A DNA stretch of 64,000 nucleotides from Bacteroidota bacterium (GCA_027483445.1 JAIXUS010000005.1:140927-204926); one strand, 5' to 3'; positions 49,918 through 59,802 are shown, counted from the stretch's first letter. Translations and numbers: made by a program. The notes: generated by a model not told the origin, from the sequence alone.

Positions 49918-50694
49918 TCAATTGATAAACAAAAACCTGATAAAAAACGCAATGTTGATGAAGTTCAGGTAGGGACTGGCTCTGTTGAGGAAGTTCAGCA
50001 CGTAGTCGTTCCTAGGCTCTACATAAATGATATCATTTCCTTCAACAATGAGGTTAGCTTCGCGCATTCCTTCGATGGTCGAGAGGTCGATGAGATAGAT
50101 TTTCGGGTTTTTTAAGTCGCCCCGGATTAGCTTAATTCTATTGGACTTCCCGTTCATTGGAATACCACCGGCTGAGGCCAGTACTTCCAATAGATTCATG
50201 TTGTTATTGGCAAGCGGAACCACTCTGGCAGTTCCACTTTCGCCGGGGAACAGAATCACACGTTTGTTACTAATCCGTAAGTTTACATAGGGGTCGACGA
50301 AGTTGGCCGACAAGCGTTGTTCTAAAAGCAATTCGGCTTCACGTATCGTAAGGCCTTGCACTGAGATGCGGCCCAAAACCGGGATTTTAATCGTTCCATC
50401 AAATTCAACAATGGAGTTGATGGGTCTGGCAAAACCGTTTTGCCCCATGGCCATCCCTTGCTGGTCGCCGACGCCTTCCAAAAGCAAGGCACCTTTGTTA
50501 GGGAAAATCTGAATTTCGAGATTGTCGTTCAACCCAATTTTATACTCCCTGTTGTCCGGAATTTTTTGGACATCATCATACACAAAATCCTTCTTTGTTC
50601 TTAGCATCAGGGCCCGGTTCTGACAAGATGGCAAGACTAAAAACAAGCTTGCTACTAGAATCAAGTATCGGGTGGCAATTTGCAGACTACGCAT
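49918..50694 (-). CDS. wza: Polysaccharide export lipoprotein
   Basis: Lipobox LPSC, DGTIKIPVLGRI..GLT, SLBB domain and NDIIYVEP. Confidence 0.9.
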   Translation of the reverse strand: MRSLQIATRYLILVASLFLVLPSCQNRALMLRTKKDFVYDDVQKIPDNREYKIGLNDNLEIQIFPNKGALLLEGVGDQQGMAMGQNGFARPINSIVEFDGTIKIPVLGRISVQGLTIREAELLLEQRLSANFVDPYVNLRISNKRVILFPGESGTARVVPLANNNMNLLEVLASAGGIPMNGKSNRIKLIRGDLKNPKIYLIDLSTIEGMREANLIVEGNDIIYVEPRNDYVLNFLNRASPYLNFINIAFFIRFLFIN

Positions 50695-50859
50695 AGAAGC
50701 GCAAAACTAAAAAAATAAACGAGGAATGCATAGCGAATACAAATCCAAACATGGCCTCGGGCCTCAGATACTATCGACGCCGGAAAGGCTCGTGTTGTAT
50801 GGGCACGCGTTAAGGTAGTTTCAGGATTATTTTTTGGCCGCTTTGGTATTTACAAAAGG

Positions 50860-52068
50860 CTAAAACGGCCCCCTTTTGTGTTGTTCCAAAAGCTCATCAT
50901 ACAACTCTGTCATATCGCGGATAAGTCGGGTGAAGTGAAATTTGTTTTTCACATGTTCCCAGCCCATCATGCTCAACGACTTTCGCTTTTCGGCATTTTC
51001 GGTGAGTTGCAAAAGTAAATCAGCAAATTGCCTCTCGTCGGTTTTTGAATGACAAAGTAAGGCCGTAACTCCTTCTACAACAACGTTTTCTATTCCTCCA
51101 ACATTCGTAGTTACAATTGGAGTATTTGAGGCCTGTGCTTCAATGAGGCTTACCGGAGTGCCTTCATTCAAAGAAGTAAGTGCAATAATGTCGAGCCCTG
51201 CGCAAGCCACATCAATTTCTTTCATCCACGAAGTGAAGGTAAGCGGAGTTTTGATTTGCTCTTTTAACGAATCAGAAAACACCAAGCCTTCGTCGCGCGC
51301 CTGCTCCTCGATTTTTAAACGATCCTCGCCATCCCCAATAATAAAAAAACGAACCTTGAATTGTGTTTTCTCCAGCACAATGCGAGCGGCCTTCAAAAAC
51401 AAGATGTGATTTTTGATGGGCACAAGGCGACCTATAATGCCAATGGCAATCTCATCGTCATCTAACAAATATTTGCTTCTAAAAAGGCGCCGCTTCTCAT
51501 CCATATTTTCGGTGAAGCGACTAAGGTCAAAGCCAAGAGGTACTACTCTGATTTTATCCGGTTTACAAATGCGGTGCACCAAACAAAGCTCTGTTTTTTG
51601 TTTTTCGCTAATCGCGATGATGGCCGTGCTCTTTCGCGCAAGATTTCGCTCTATATTCTTGTACATCACCGTCTTCACCTTTCCGAAGTAAGAATGAAAA
51701 ACGTGTCCATGAAAGGTATGGATTACCACAGGAACTTTCATGTTATCGGCAGCCAAACGGCCAATCGTTCCGGCTTTCGAGGCATGCGTGTGTACAATGT
51801 CAGGCTTGAAATCCTTAATCAGCTGCACCACTTTTCTGTATGCTTCGTAGTCGTTTCGCAAATCAATTTCCCGCTTCATTTCGGGAATGATCAGAGGCTC
51901 TAAACCTATGTTTTGCAAAATAAACTCGGAGCTGTCTTCCGTCTCATCTTTTTCACCACCTACCAGAAGTGTTTCGTAACCCGGTGGCATGTATCTCGAC
52001 AGATAGGCGGCATTGTAAGTGGGACCACCCAGATTAAAACGGTTGATAATTCTCAGAATCCGGGGCAT
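50860..52068 (-). CDS. Glycosyltransferase family 4
   Basis: DIVHTH, GRLVPIKN and SLNEGTPVSLIEA (ExxxxxxxE). Confidence 0.93.
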   Translation of the reverse strand: MPRILRIINRFNLGGPTYNAAYLSRYMPPGYETLLVGGEKDETEDSSEFILQNIGLEPLIIPEMKREIDLRNDYEAYRKVVQLIKDFKPDIVHTHASKAGTIGRLAADNMKVPVVIHTFHGHVFHSYFGKVKTVMYKNIERNLARKSTAIIAISEKQKTELCLVHRICKPDKIRVVPLGFDLSRFTENMDEKRRLFRSKYLLDDDEIAIGIIGRLVPIKNHILFLKAARIVLEKTQFKVRFFIIGDGEDRLKIEEQARDEGLVFSDSLKEQIKTPLTFTSWMKEIDVACAGLDIIALTSLNEGTPVSLIEAQASNTPIVTTNVGGIENVVVEGVTALLCHSKTDERQFADLLLQLTENAEKRKSLSMMGWEHVKNKFHFTRLIRDMTELYDELLEQHKRGPF

Positions 52069-52098
52069 TCGGCTACAATTTCAACTCCGTAAATGTAC

Positions 52099-53982
52099 TC
52101 ATTTCATCCATTTTCGATACCAGTTTTGAAACACGATCAAGGCCCAAATCTTGGCGGTACTGTCGCCCGGGTCGTTCGAAAACAATGCAAATTTCAGCGC
52201 TTCTACAGCTTCTGGATTAAACAACCCTTGCTGCTTTAAATAACCAGGCTCGAGCAAATCGTCGAAAATCCATGCTTTTAAATCGCCCCGAAACCAATTC
52301 AGGAGCGGTACTTCAAAGCCTTGCTTGGGTCGGTTGTATAGTTCGGGAGGAAGTAAATGCCTAAACGTATCCTGCACGATTCGCTTTCGCCCTTTGCCGC
52401 TCACCTTGTAATCGGCTGGAAGGCCCGCTGCAAAATCAACTACTTCGACATCCAAAAAGGGATTTCGCACTTCGAGCGAACGAGCCATCGACATTAAATC
52501 GACCTTCGTGAGCATATCGCCCGGCAAAACCAAATGCATGTCGTTGAGCAAGACTTCATTCATGTCGCCGGTTTTACCTATAAATCGGGTAAACTGATGG
52601 CGACGGCTTCTGGCCTCGTTTTCATTGAGTGAAAAGGCAACAATCGACTGCAGATAAGCGTCATCGGCATAGCCACACCACTTCCAGTAACGGTCGGTTG
52701 CCGACAACTGTCTGCCTTTCGCGAATTTATCCAGCTTACGAAACAGGTTTCCATACGCAGAGTTGCGCGATTTCGGCAAGGCTCTCCAAAGCGGAGCCAG
52801 CAAGCTCACCACTTCAGCCTTCACACCACCGTTTCGCAACTTCCACTCGCCCAAATGTTTCATGTAGCCCCCGAAAAGTTCATCGGCGCCATCACCCGAC
52901 AGGGCCACAGTAGCCTGCTTTCTCGTTTCCTTGCAAAGAATGTTTACGGCAAGTGCTGAAGAATCGGCGAAGGGCTCATCGATATAGTCGAGCATTTCCT
53001 GCAAGTGATCGAATAAATCTTTGTTGCTCAAGCTAAACACCGTGTGCTTTGTGCCGTATTTTTTGGCGACCAGTTGGGCGTAGTAAGTCTCATCAAACAG
53101 AGGTTCATCTTTATAACCGATCGAAAAGGTGTGAAGCCCGCTTCGGTGTTGTGCAGCCAAAGCCGTAACCACCGACGAATCTATTCCACCGGAAAGAAAA
53201 CTTCCGAGCGGAACGTCGGAGATGAGTCTTCGTTCGACGGCTCTGTTTAAGGTTTCCAAAAGTTGCTTTTGGGCGCTTTCATAATTTGGAACCGGTTCGA
53301 TGGCCCGATCTGAAATTTGGTACCACGACCGCCGTTCGATGCCCTTTTTGGTGACCTTCATCCAATGTCCGGGCTCCAGTTTTTCAACACTTTTGAAAAT
53401 GCTGAAAGGGCCGGGAATATAGTTCAGGTGCAAGTAATGAAAGAGCGAGGTAGTATCGATTTGGCGTACAACAGGGTAGGCGAGGAGGGCCTTCATTTCT
53501 GAGGCGAAGCAGAAAGCCTCCGCTGATGCGCTAAACAACAAGGGCTTCACTCCATAGCGGTCGCGTGCCAGCAGAAGCGTTTCGTTTTGTTGGTCCCAAA
53601 AAGCAAAGGCGAAAAACCCATTGATTTTGGGTAAGCAGGCTTCTCCTTCACGAATAAGCAGGTGAAGCAAAACCTCTGTATCGCTCGTTGACCGAAACTG
53701 AATTCCCTCTTGTTGAAGTTGATCCCGATAGCTTTGGAAGTTGAAAAACTCGCCATTGAACACGAGGGTATATCGCCCTGATTCGTCGGTAAATGGCTGC
53801 GCTCCATTGTTGCTTACATCGATGATGGAAAGCCGCGCATGGCCCAATGCAATGTTGTTGTGGTGAAAAACGCCACTACCGTCGGGACCTCTTAAGGCCA
53901 ATGCACGAACCGCATCTGCACAACGTTCTGTAAACGCTGCGCCAGATGCGGTAAATGCAAATGCTCCGGTTATTCCACACAT
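52099..53982 (-). CDS. asnB: Glutamine-hydrolysing asparagine synthase-family amidotransferase (likely glycan amidation)
   Basis: N-terminal MCGI, RGPD, RLSIID, LSGGIDSS, LSGDGADELFGGY and RPKQGF. Confidence 0.93.
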   Translation of the reverse strand: MCGITGAFAFTASGAAFTERCADAVRALALRGPDGSGVFHHNNIALGHARLSIIDVSNNGAQPFTDESGRYTLVFNGEFFNFQSYRDQLQQEGIQFRSTSDTEVLLHLLIREGEACLPKINGFFAFAFWDQQNETLLLARDRYGVKPLLFSASAEAFCFASEMKALLAYPVVRQIDTTSLFHYLHLNYIPGPFSIFKSVEKLEPGHWMKVTKKGIERRSWYQISDRAIEPVPNYESAQKQLLETLNRAVERRLISDVPLGSFLSGGIDSSVVTALAAQHRSGLHTFSIGYKDEPLFDETYYAQLVAKKYGTKHTVFSLSNKDLFDHLQEMLDYIDEPFADSSALAVNILCKETRKQATVALSGDGADELFGGYMKHLGEWKLRNGGVKAEVVSLLAPLWRALPKSRNSAYGNLFRKLDKFAKGRQLSATDRYWKWCGYADDAYLQSIVAFSLNENEARSRRHQFTRFIGKTGDMNEVLLNDMHLVLPGDMLTKVDLMSMARSLEVRNPFLDVEVVDFAAGLPADYKVSGKGRKRIVQDTFRHLLPPELYNRPKQGFEVPLLNWFRGDLKAWIFDDLLEPGYLKQQGLFNPEAVEALKFALFSNDPGDSTAKIWALIVFQNWYRKWMK

Positions 53983-53998
53983 GGGCGGGAGCGAGAAA

Positions 53999-55387
53999 TC
54001 AAAGATGAATTACTTCGCCATAAGCCGCCGCTGCTGCTTCCATAATCGCTTCCGACATGGTTGGGTGCGGGTGAATGGTGCGAATAATTTCGTGACCAGT
54101 AGTTTCAAGTTTTCGGGCGGCAACTGCCTCAGCAATCATTTCAGTTACATTGGCGCCAATCATGTGGCAACCAAGCCATTCGCCGTATTTGGCATCAAAA
54201 ATTACTTTTACAAAGCCATCTTTTGCGCCTGCGGCGGATGCCTTTCCGGAAGCAGAGAAAGGGAATTTTCCAACCTTCACCTCGTAGCCGGCCTCACGCG
54301 CCGCTTTTTCGGTCATGCCAACGGATGCAATTTCAGGACTACAATACGTGCAGCCTGGAATGTTTCCGTAGTTCAGCGGCTCCGGATGATGTCCTGCAAT
54401 TTTTTCGACACAAATGATGCCTTCAGCCGAAGCCACGTGGGCCAGGGCCGGACCGGGAATAACATCACCAATAGCGTAGATGCCCGGAACATTGGTTTGG
54501 TACCATTCGTTCACCGGAACTTTGCCTTTATCGGTCTTTACACCTGCTTCTTCTAAACCAAGGTTTTCAAGGTTGGCTACAACACCCGCTGCGGAAAGCA
54601 CGGTATCACATTCTATTATTTGTTCTCCTTTAGCGGTTTTTACTTTTACCTTCAAGGTTTTACCTGAAGAGTCAACCGATTCAACCGAAGCATTGGTGAG
54701 AATTTCGACGCCTGATTTCTTGAAGCTTTTTTCCAGTTGTTTGCTTACCTCTTCGTCTTCAACCGGTACGATATTGGGCAGGTATTCTACGATGGTTACC
54801 TTCGTTCCGATGGTATTGTAAAAATAGGCGAACTCAACACCAATGGCACCCGAACCAACCACAACCATCGATTTAGGTTGCTCTTGTAGGGTCATCGCTT
54901 CGCGGTAACCAATAATTCGCTTACCATCTTGTTTGAGGTTTGGTAGCTCACGACTGCGGGCTCCTGTGGCAATAAGAATGCTCTTAGCCGTATACGTTGT
55001 TGTTTTCCCATCGGCCGCTTTTACTTCCACCTTTTTGTCGCGGGTGATTTTTCCGTGGCCATTGATGATTTCGATTTTATTCTTTTTGAAAAGGAACTGA
55101 ATGCCTTTGCTCATGCCATCAGCAACGCCACGGCTTCTCTTTACCATAGCACCGAAATCGGCTTCAGATTTTTCAACCTTGATGCCGTAATCGGCCGCAT
55201 GTTGCATGTACTCAAATACGTTGGCGCTTTTTAACAATGCCTTTGTTGGGATACAGCCCCAATTCAGGCAAATTCCGCCCAGCTCTTCCCGTTCAACAAC
55301 GGCTACCTTCATGCCCAACTGAGAAGCGCGTATAGCAGCCACATACCCTCCGGGACCGCTGCCAATAACAATGAGATCGTAATTCAT
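53999..55387 (-). CDS. lpdA: Dihydrolipoyl dehydrogenase
   Basis: GSGPGGY, GGICLNWGCIPTK redox disulfide and HPHPTMSE. Confidence 0.97.
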   Translation of the reverse strand: MNYDLIVIGSGPGGYVAAIRASQLGMKVAVVEREELGGICLNWGCIPTKALLKSANVFEYMQHAADYGIKVEKSEADFGAMVKRSRGVADGMSKGIQFLFKKNKIEIINGHGKITRDKKVEVKAADGKTTTYTAKSILIATGARSRELPNLKQDGKRIIGYREAMTLQEQPKSMVVVGSGAIGVEFAYFYNTIGTKVTIVEYLPNIVPVEDEEVSKQLEKSFKKSGVEILTNASVESVDSSGKTLKVKVKTAKGEQIIECDTVLSAAGVVANLENLGLEEAGVKTDKGKVPVNEWYQTNVPGIYAIGDVIPGPALAHVASAEGIICVEKIAGHHPEPLNYGNIPGCTYCSPEIASVGMTEKAAREAGYEVKVGKFPFSASGKASAAGAKDGFVKVIFDAKYGEWLGCHMIGANVTEMIAEAVAARKLETTGHEIIRTIHPHPTMSEAIMEAAAAAYGEVIHL

Positions 55388-55434
55388 GGATGTTTTTTAA
55401 ACGTTGCGAAATTAGTGAATCAACCGATATGGCA

Positions 55435-56313
55435 TCAGGCCTCCTGCTCTGCAAGCTGTTTTCCGTTGGGAGAGAATCGGCGCGACCTTAAATTGTAGTG
55501 ATTTCCTTTGGCCATCACATGAACAATAAGATGCTCAATCGAGATTGGCTGTCCGTCGTTAACCTCTGCAATATTTGAATGGCGAATCGAGTGCCCATCA
55601 AAAATAATTACCAGTCCCGAACCAATGGCCTCAAGCTTATGTCCATGTTCTACCAAAACTCCGGTATCTTCCCCTAAACCAATTCCAATACAGCCAGGGT
55701 TTGCAGTAACGGCCTGGGCAAGGCGTCCGAACCGTCCTCTTTTTACAAAATGGGAGTCGATAATTACATTGTGCAGAAAGCCTAATCCTGTGGTAATCTT
55801 CACTTTGCCTTTAAAAAAGGCTTCTTCGCCGGCGCCCTCGTAAATCATGGTGTTCGACATGGCCATGGCTCCGGCTGAGGTTCCGGCAATCACAAAACGC
55901 TCATTTTGATAGCGTTCATGTAAAACCTGCAGAAATTCTGTTCCGCCAAAAATCATGGAAAGGCGCATTTGATTTCCGCCGGTGAACATCACGCCATCAG
56001 CCAGCTTAATTCGCTCGGTATATTCGGGCATTAATGCGTCTTCGCGGTTTTTTATGTGAATCACATTTACATTTCGGCAGTTTAGCCGTTGAAAGGCATC
56101 TACATAGTTTTGCCCAACCTCTTCGGGAATTTCAGAAGCAGTGGTAATGACTTCTACCCGGCTTTGATCTCCTTTCATTTCCGAAAGTATGCGTTTAAGA
56201 ATGCCATCTTCAAAAAAAGAGAGCTTATTGGGCGTGTTATAGTCGGGCTCGTTGGCTGTTCCTTTATCAACATTACCTCCAATGGAAATCAGAATGCCTT
56301 TAGGTTCCTTCAT
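55435..56313 (-). CDS. cphB: Cyanophycinase (peptidase S51), cytoplasmic
   Basis: FTGGNQ, GTSAGA, IIDSHF..RGRFGRL and GLGEDT; no signal peptide; divergent from cphA; start taken at ATG 56313. Confidence 0.93.
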   Translation of the reverse strand: MKEPKGILISIGGNVDKGTANEPDYNTPNKLSFFEDGILKRILSEMKGDQSRVEVITTASEIPEEVGQNYVDAFQRLNCRNVNVIHIKNREDALMPEYTERIKLADGVMFTGGNQMRLSMIFGGTEFLQVLHERYQNERFVIAGTSAGAMAMSNTMIYEGAGEEAFFKGKVKITTGLGFLHNVIIDSHFVKRGRFGRLAQAVTANPGCIGIGLGEDTGVLVEHGHKLEAIGSGLVIIFDGHSIRHSNIAEVNDGQPISIEHLIVHVMAKGNHYNLRSRRFSPNGKQLAEQEA

Positions 56314-56333
56314 GGGTTTAAGTCTTTCTGCTG

Positions 56334-56441
56334 CAAAAGTAGACCTTCGCAACGATGTTGCAGCTGTGATTGAATTGGGATTTCAACAATCTTTTTAGCA
56401 GTATTTCTTTTTGTAGATATAGGTTAATTCACCTATTTTCG
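56334..56441. promoter_or_regulatory. Divergent cphB/cphA promoters with near-palindromic site
   Basis: - strand TACTTTTG (56334-56341); + strand TTTG (56410-56413), 20 nt, TATTTTCG (56434-56441); ATAGGTTAATTCACCTAT at 56419-56436. Confidence 0.6.
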
Positions 56442-56463
56442 GCGAAACTCATCTTCCTAGCGC

Positions 56464-59109
56464 ATGAAAATTCTTGAAATACGGGCCATGAGAGGGCCCA
56501 ATTACTGGTCAATCCGTCGTCATAAACTTATTGTGATGAAGTTGGATATCGGTGAATATGAAGAGTTACCTACCAATAAAATAGATGGATTCTCTGCCCG
56601 ACTCGAGTCCCTTTTTCCTTCTATGTATGAGCACCGTTGTTCGGAGGAACGGCCGGGTGGATTTTTTCACCGCGTAAAGGAAGGTACTTGGATGGGACAT
56701 GTCATCGAACACATTGCGCTGGAAATTCAAACCCTTGCGGGGATGGATGTAGGCTTTGGCCGCACTCGCGGTAACGGCGAGCATGGCGTATATAATGTTG
56801 TGTTTGCCTACATGGAAGAGAAGGCCGGAATATATACAGCGAAGGCATCTGTGCGTATTGCTGAGGCTTTAGCCAAAGGGGAAAGCTATGATTTAGAGGC
56901 CGACATTCAAACATTGCGAGAAATACGCGAAGATGAGCGATTGGGGCCATCTACAGGGTCCATCGTTGAAGAGGCTCAAAACCGGAATATTCCGTGGATT
57001 CGCCTCAACCGACATTCGCTGGTTCAGCTTGGTTATGGCGTAAATCAGAAACGAATTCAGGCAACAGTAGCATCGACAACCTCAAATATAGCGGTGGAGA
57101 TTGCTTGTGATAAAGAGGAAACCAAGAATATTCTTGATGCAGCCGGAATTCCTGTACCTAAAGGATACATTGTTTATGATGAGGAAGATTTAGAAGATGC
57201 CGTTTCCCGCATTGGTTATCCAATCGTACTGAAGCCTGTGAATGGTAATCACGGACGTGGTGCAACCATTAACATCCAAAATTGGGAAGATGCCAAAGTC
57301 GCGCTACTAGCAGCTAAACGTGTTTCGCGGGGTGTGATTTGTGAGCGCTTTATTACCGGCTTCGATTTTCGTCTGTTGGTGATTAACTACAAACTTGTCG
57401 CTGCAGCTAAACGAACACCCGCCTGCGTTACCGGCGACGGGAAGCATACCATTCAGCAGCTCATCGACGAAGTGAATAAAGACCCACGGCGCGGTTACGG
57501 TCACGAAAAAGTGCTTACCGCTATCAAGGTCGACGAGATGACCTTGAACATCCTTCGCGATAAAGGTTTGGAATTGAGTGATGTATTGCCAGCCGGCGAA
57601 ACCCTTTATCTAAAATCCACCGCAAACCTCAGTACAGGCGGAACTGCTACCGATATTACCGACCTCGTCCATCCTTACAATGTTTTCATGGCCGAACGGA
57701 TTGCCCGGGTCGTGGGTCTTGATATATGTGGCATCGACATTATGGCTCCCGACCTCACCACCTCTATTCGTGAAAATGGAGGGGCCATTCTGGAAGTAAA
57801 CGCAGCACCGGGCTTTCGTATGCATATTGCCCCAACCGATGGCCTGCCACGAAACGTAGCCGAACCGGTAATCGACATGCTTTTCCCGCCCGGAACCTCT
57901 GCACGCATTCCGATTATTGCTGTTACCGGAACTAACGGTAAAACAACCACCACAAGGCTCACCGCGCACATGGTAAAGACCATGGGGTACAAAGTAGGCT
58001 TTACTACCACCGACGGTATTTATATCCAAAACCGCATGTTGCAAAGCGGCGACTGCACCGGTCCGGTAAGCGCTGAGTTTGTGCTGAAAGACCCAACGGT
58101 CGACTTTGCCGTATTAGAAACTGCCCGGGGTGGAATTCTTCGTTCAGGATTAGGCTACAGTCAATGCGACATTGCCATCGTTACTAATGTAGCCGCCGAC
58201 CATCTTGGATTAAAAGGGATTAACTCACTTGAGGAAATGGCCAAGCTAAAAGCTGTTGTGCCGGAAAGCGTGCAACCAACAGGTTATGCCATCCTAAATG
58301 CCGATGATGATTTGGTGTATGCCATGCGGAAAAACCTCAAGTGCAACATTGCCTTGTTTAGTTTAGATGAGAACAACCCTCGCATTCTTCGCCACATTAA
58401 TGAAGGCGGACTGGCAACCATCGTAGAAAATGGCTACGTAACCATTTGTAAAGGCACATGGAAAATACGGGTCGATAAGGTGGTGAGCATTCCGTTAACC
58501 TTCTCGGGCAAAGCGGTATTCAATATTCAAAATGTGTTACCGGTTGTGATGGCCGGGTTCATTCGGGGATTCAAGATTGAAGACATGCGACTTGCGCTGG
58601 AAACCTTCATTCCTTCGCCAACCCAAACTCCGGGTCGTATGAACATGTTCCAGTTCCGACGCTTTAATGTGATGGTCGATTATGCCCACAATACCGCAGG
58701 ATTCCAGGCGATTGCCAAGTTCCTCGAGAAAATTGAGGCGAGCCCTAAAGTTGGAATTATCGCCGGAGTTGGAGATCGCCGCGATGAAGACATTGTAAGT
58801 CTGGGTAGAGTAGCCGCTCAGATGTTCGATGAAATCATTATTCGTCAAGATAAAAACCTTCGAGGGCGTACCGAACAAGAGATTATCGATCTCATGCTCA
58901 GTGGTATCAATGCTGTTTCACCCGGTAAACGGGTGGATGTCATCCCGACCGAACGCGAAGCTATCGACAAGGCCATCGGCGAGGCCGTTCCAGGCTCATT
59001 CATTGTTATCTGCAGTGATGTGGTGCCTGATGCCCTCGATCAAATTATGCGTTACAAAGAGGAGGAGGACAAGTTTCAGCTCGATCCTGCGGACATTCCC
59101 AATCGTTAA
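56464..59109 (+). CDS. cphA: Cyanophycin synthetase (CphA1)
   Basis: RGPNYWS, Cx19HxxEH N-domain motif, ATP-grasp (KPVNGNHGRG, EVNAAPG) and Mur-ligase domain (GTNGKTT, ETARGG, DYAHN). Confidence 0.97.
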   Translation: MKILEIRAMRGPNYWSIRRHKLIVMKLDIGEYEELPTNKIDGFSARLESLFPSMYEHRCSEERPGGFFHRVKEGTWMGHVIEHIALEIQTLAGMDVGFGRTRGNGEHGVYNVVFAYMEEKAGIYTAKASVRIAEALAKGESYDLEADIQTLREIREDERLGPSTGSIVEEAQNRNIPWIRLNRHSLVQLGYGVNQKRIQATVASTTSNIAVEIACDKEETKNILDAAGIPVPKGYIVYDEEDLEDAVSRIGYPIVLKPVNGNHGRGATINIQNWEDAKVALLAAKRVSRGVICERFITGFDFRLLVINYKLVAAAKRTPACVTGDGKHTIQQLIDEVNKDPRRGYGHEKVLTAIKVDEMTLNILRDKGLELSDVLPAGETLYLKSTANLSTGGTATDITDLVHPYNVFMAERIARVVGLDICGIDIMAPDLTTSIRENGGAILEVNAAPGFRMHIAPTDGLPRNVAEPVIDMLFPPGTSARIPIIAVTGTNGKTTTTRLTAHMVKTMGYKVGFTTTDGIYIQNRMLQSGDCTGPVSAEFVLKDPTVDFAVLETARGGILRSGLGYSQCDIAIVTNVAADHLGLKGINSLEEMAKLKAVVPESVQPTGYAILNADDDLVYAMRKNLKCNIALFSLDENNPRILRHINEGGLATIVENGYVTICKGTWKIRVDKVVSIPLTFSGKAVFNIQNVLPVVMAGFIRGFKIEDMRLALETFIPSPTQTPGRMNMFQFRRFNVMVDYAHNTAGFQAIAKFLEKIEASPKVGIIAGVGDRRDEDIVSLGRVAAQMFDEIIIRQDKNLRGRTEQEIIDLMLSGINAVSPGKRVDVIPTEREAIDKAIGEAVPGSFIVICSDVVPDALDQIMRYKEEEDKFQLDPADIPNR

Positions 59110-59128
59110 ATACTTAGTTTTCAAGTTT

Positions 59129-59153
59129 AAAGGGGGGCATTGCTCCCCTTTTT
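59129..59153 (+). terminator. Intrinsic terminator after cphA
   Basis: AAAGGGGGGC-ATT-GCTCCCCTTT followed by TT. Confidence 0.8.
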
Positions 59154-59391
59154 GCATTTTTACCCTTGCTTGGGCTGAAACGCTGTGTTGGATCCGAATT
59201 TATGGATGGCAAATTGTCGCAATTCAAGTCAATACCCTCGTTTAGACATGAAAGAAAAATTGACCTATTAAATACCACATTATTAATTGCTTACATAGGG
59301 ATCGAAGGGCTAAGGCCGAGCCGGGGTTCCGGGGTCCACCATCCTCCTCCCCAGTTTCAAGATCGCCAAAAAACCTGAACCGTGCAAGCGT

Positions 59392-59411
59392 TAAACGTTT
59401 ATAAACGTTTA
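59392..59411. repeat. Two tandem TAAACGTTTA palindromes
   Basis: Identical to 21903-21922. Confidence 0.9.
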
Positions 59412-59802
59412 GATATCAACAGATTGGTTGGAAACTATTTGAACAATTCACGAGTTGTATTGTGACCAGGTATTGTAAAATCGTTTGTGTATAGAGATTC
59501 GCGCAGTAGTTTCACACCAAGAATTTTATGGTTTCTGGGTGATTTCGCTTAATGGGCCGGTATTGCTCGAAGTGAATTCGCAGTTTGAGTGCAGGAAAAG
59601 GTCATCCACCCCCGCCTGTAGGAAAACTAAGCGCAGGTTGAGAATATCAAGCGGACTTTAGCGGTAAATCTGATTTATACGCATACGCTTGGCCTTTTGA
59701 GAAGGCGTGAATAGTGATTAGGATTCAGCGCTGAAGGGAATTCAGCTGGGTGTTCAGTGGAATCGCCTGAACTTAATAATGATTGATAACCGAATTCAGC
59801 GA

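Noticed and set aside
53981..54556. 191-aa antisense ORF over lpdA
   Set aside because: It lies opposite a highly conserved gene and has no recognisable motif; typical shadow ORF.
52099..56313. AsnB as part of cyanophycin aspartate recycling
   Set aside because: Its position next to GT4 and wza/wzc fits polysaccharide amidotransferases better, and lpdA has its own -7-like box (55407-55414) separating it from cphB.
59166..59378. 70-aa ORF after cphA
   Set aside because: TTG start overlapping a -7-like box, no motif and atypical composition.
59154..59802. Long intergenic region as oriC
   Set aside because: No clustered DnaA boxes (TTATCCACA-like) and no typical origin-linked genes.
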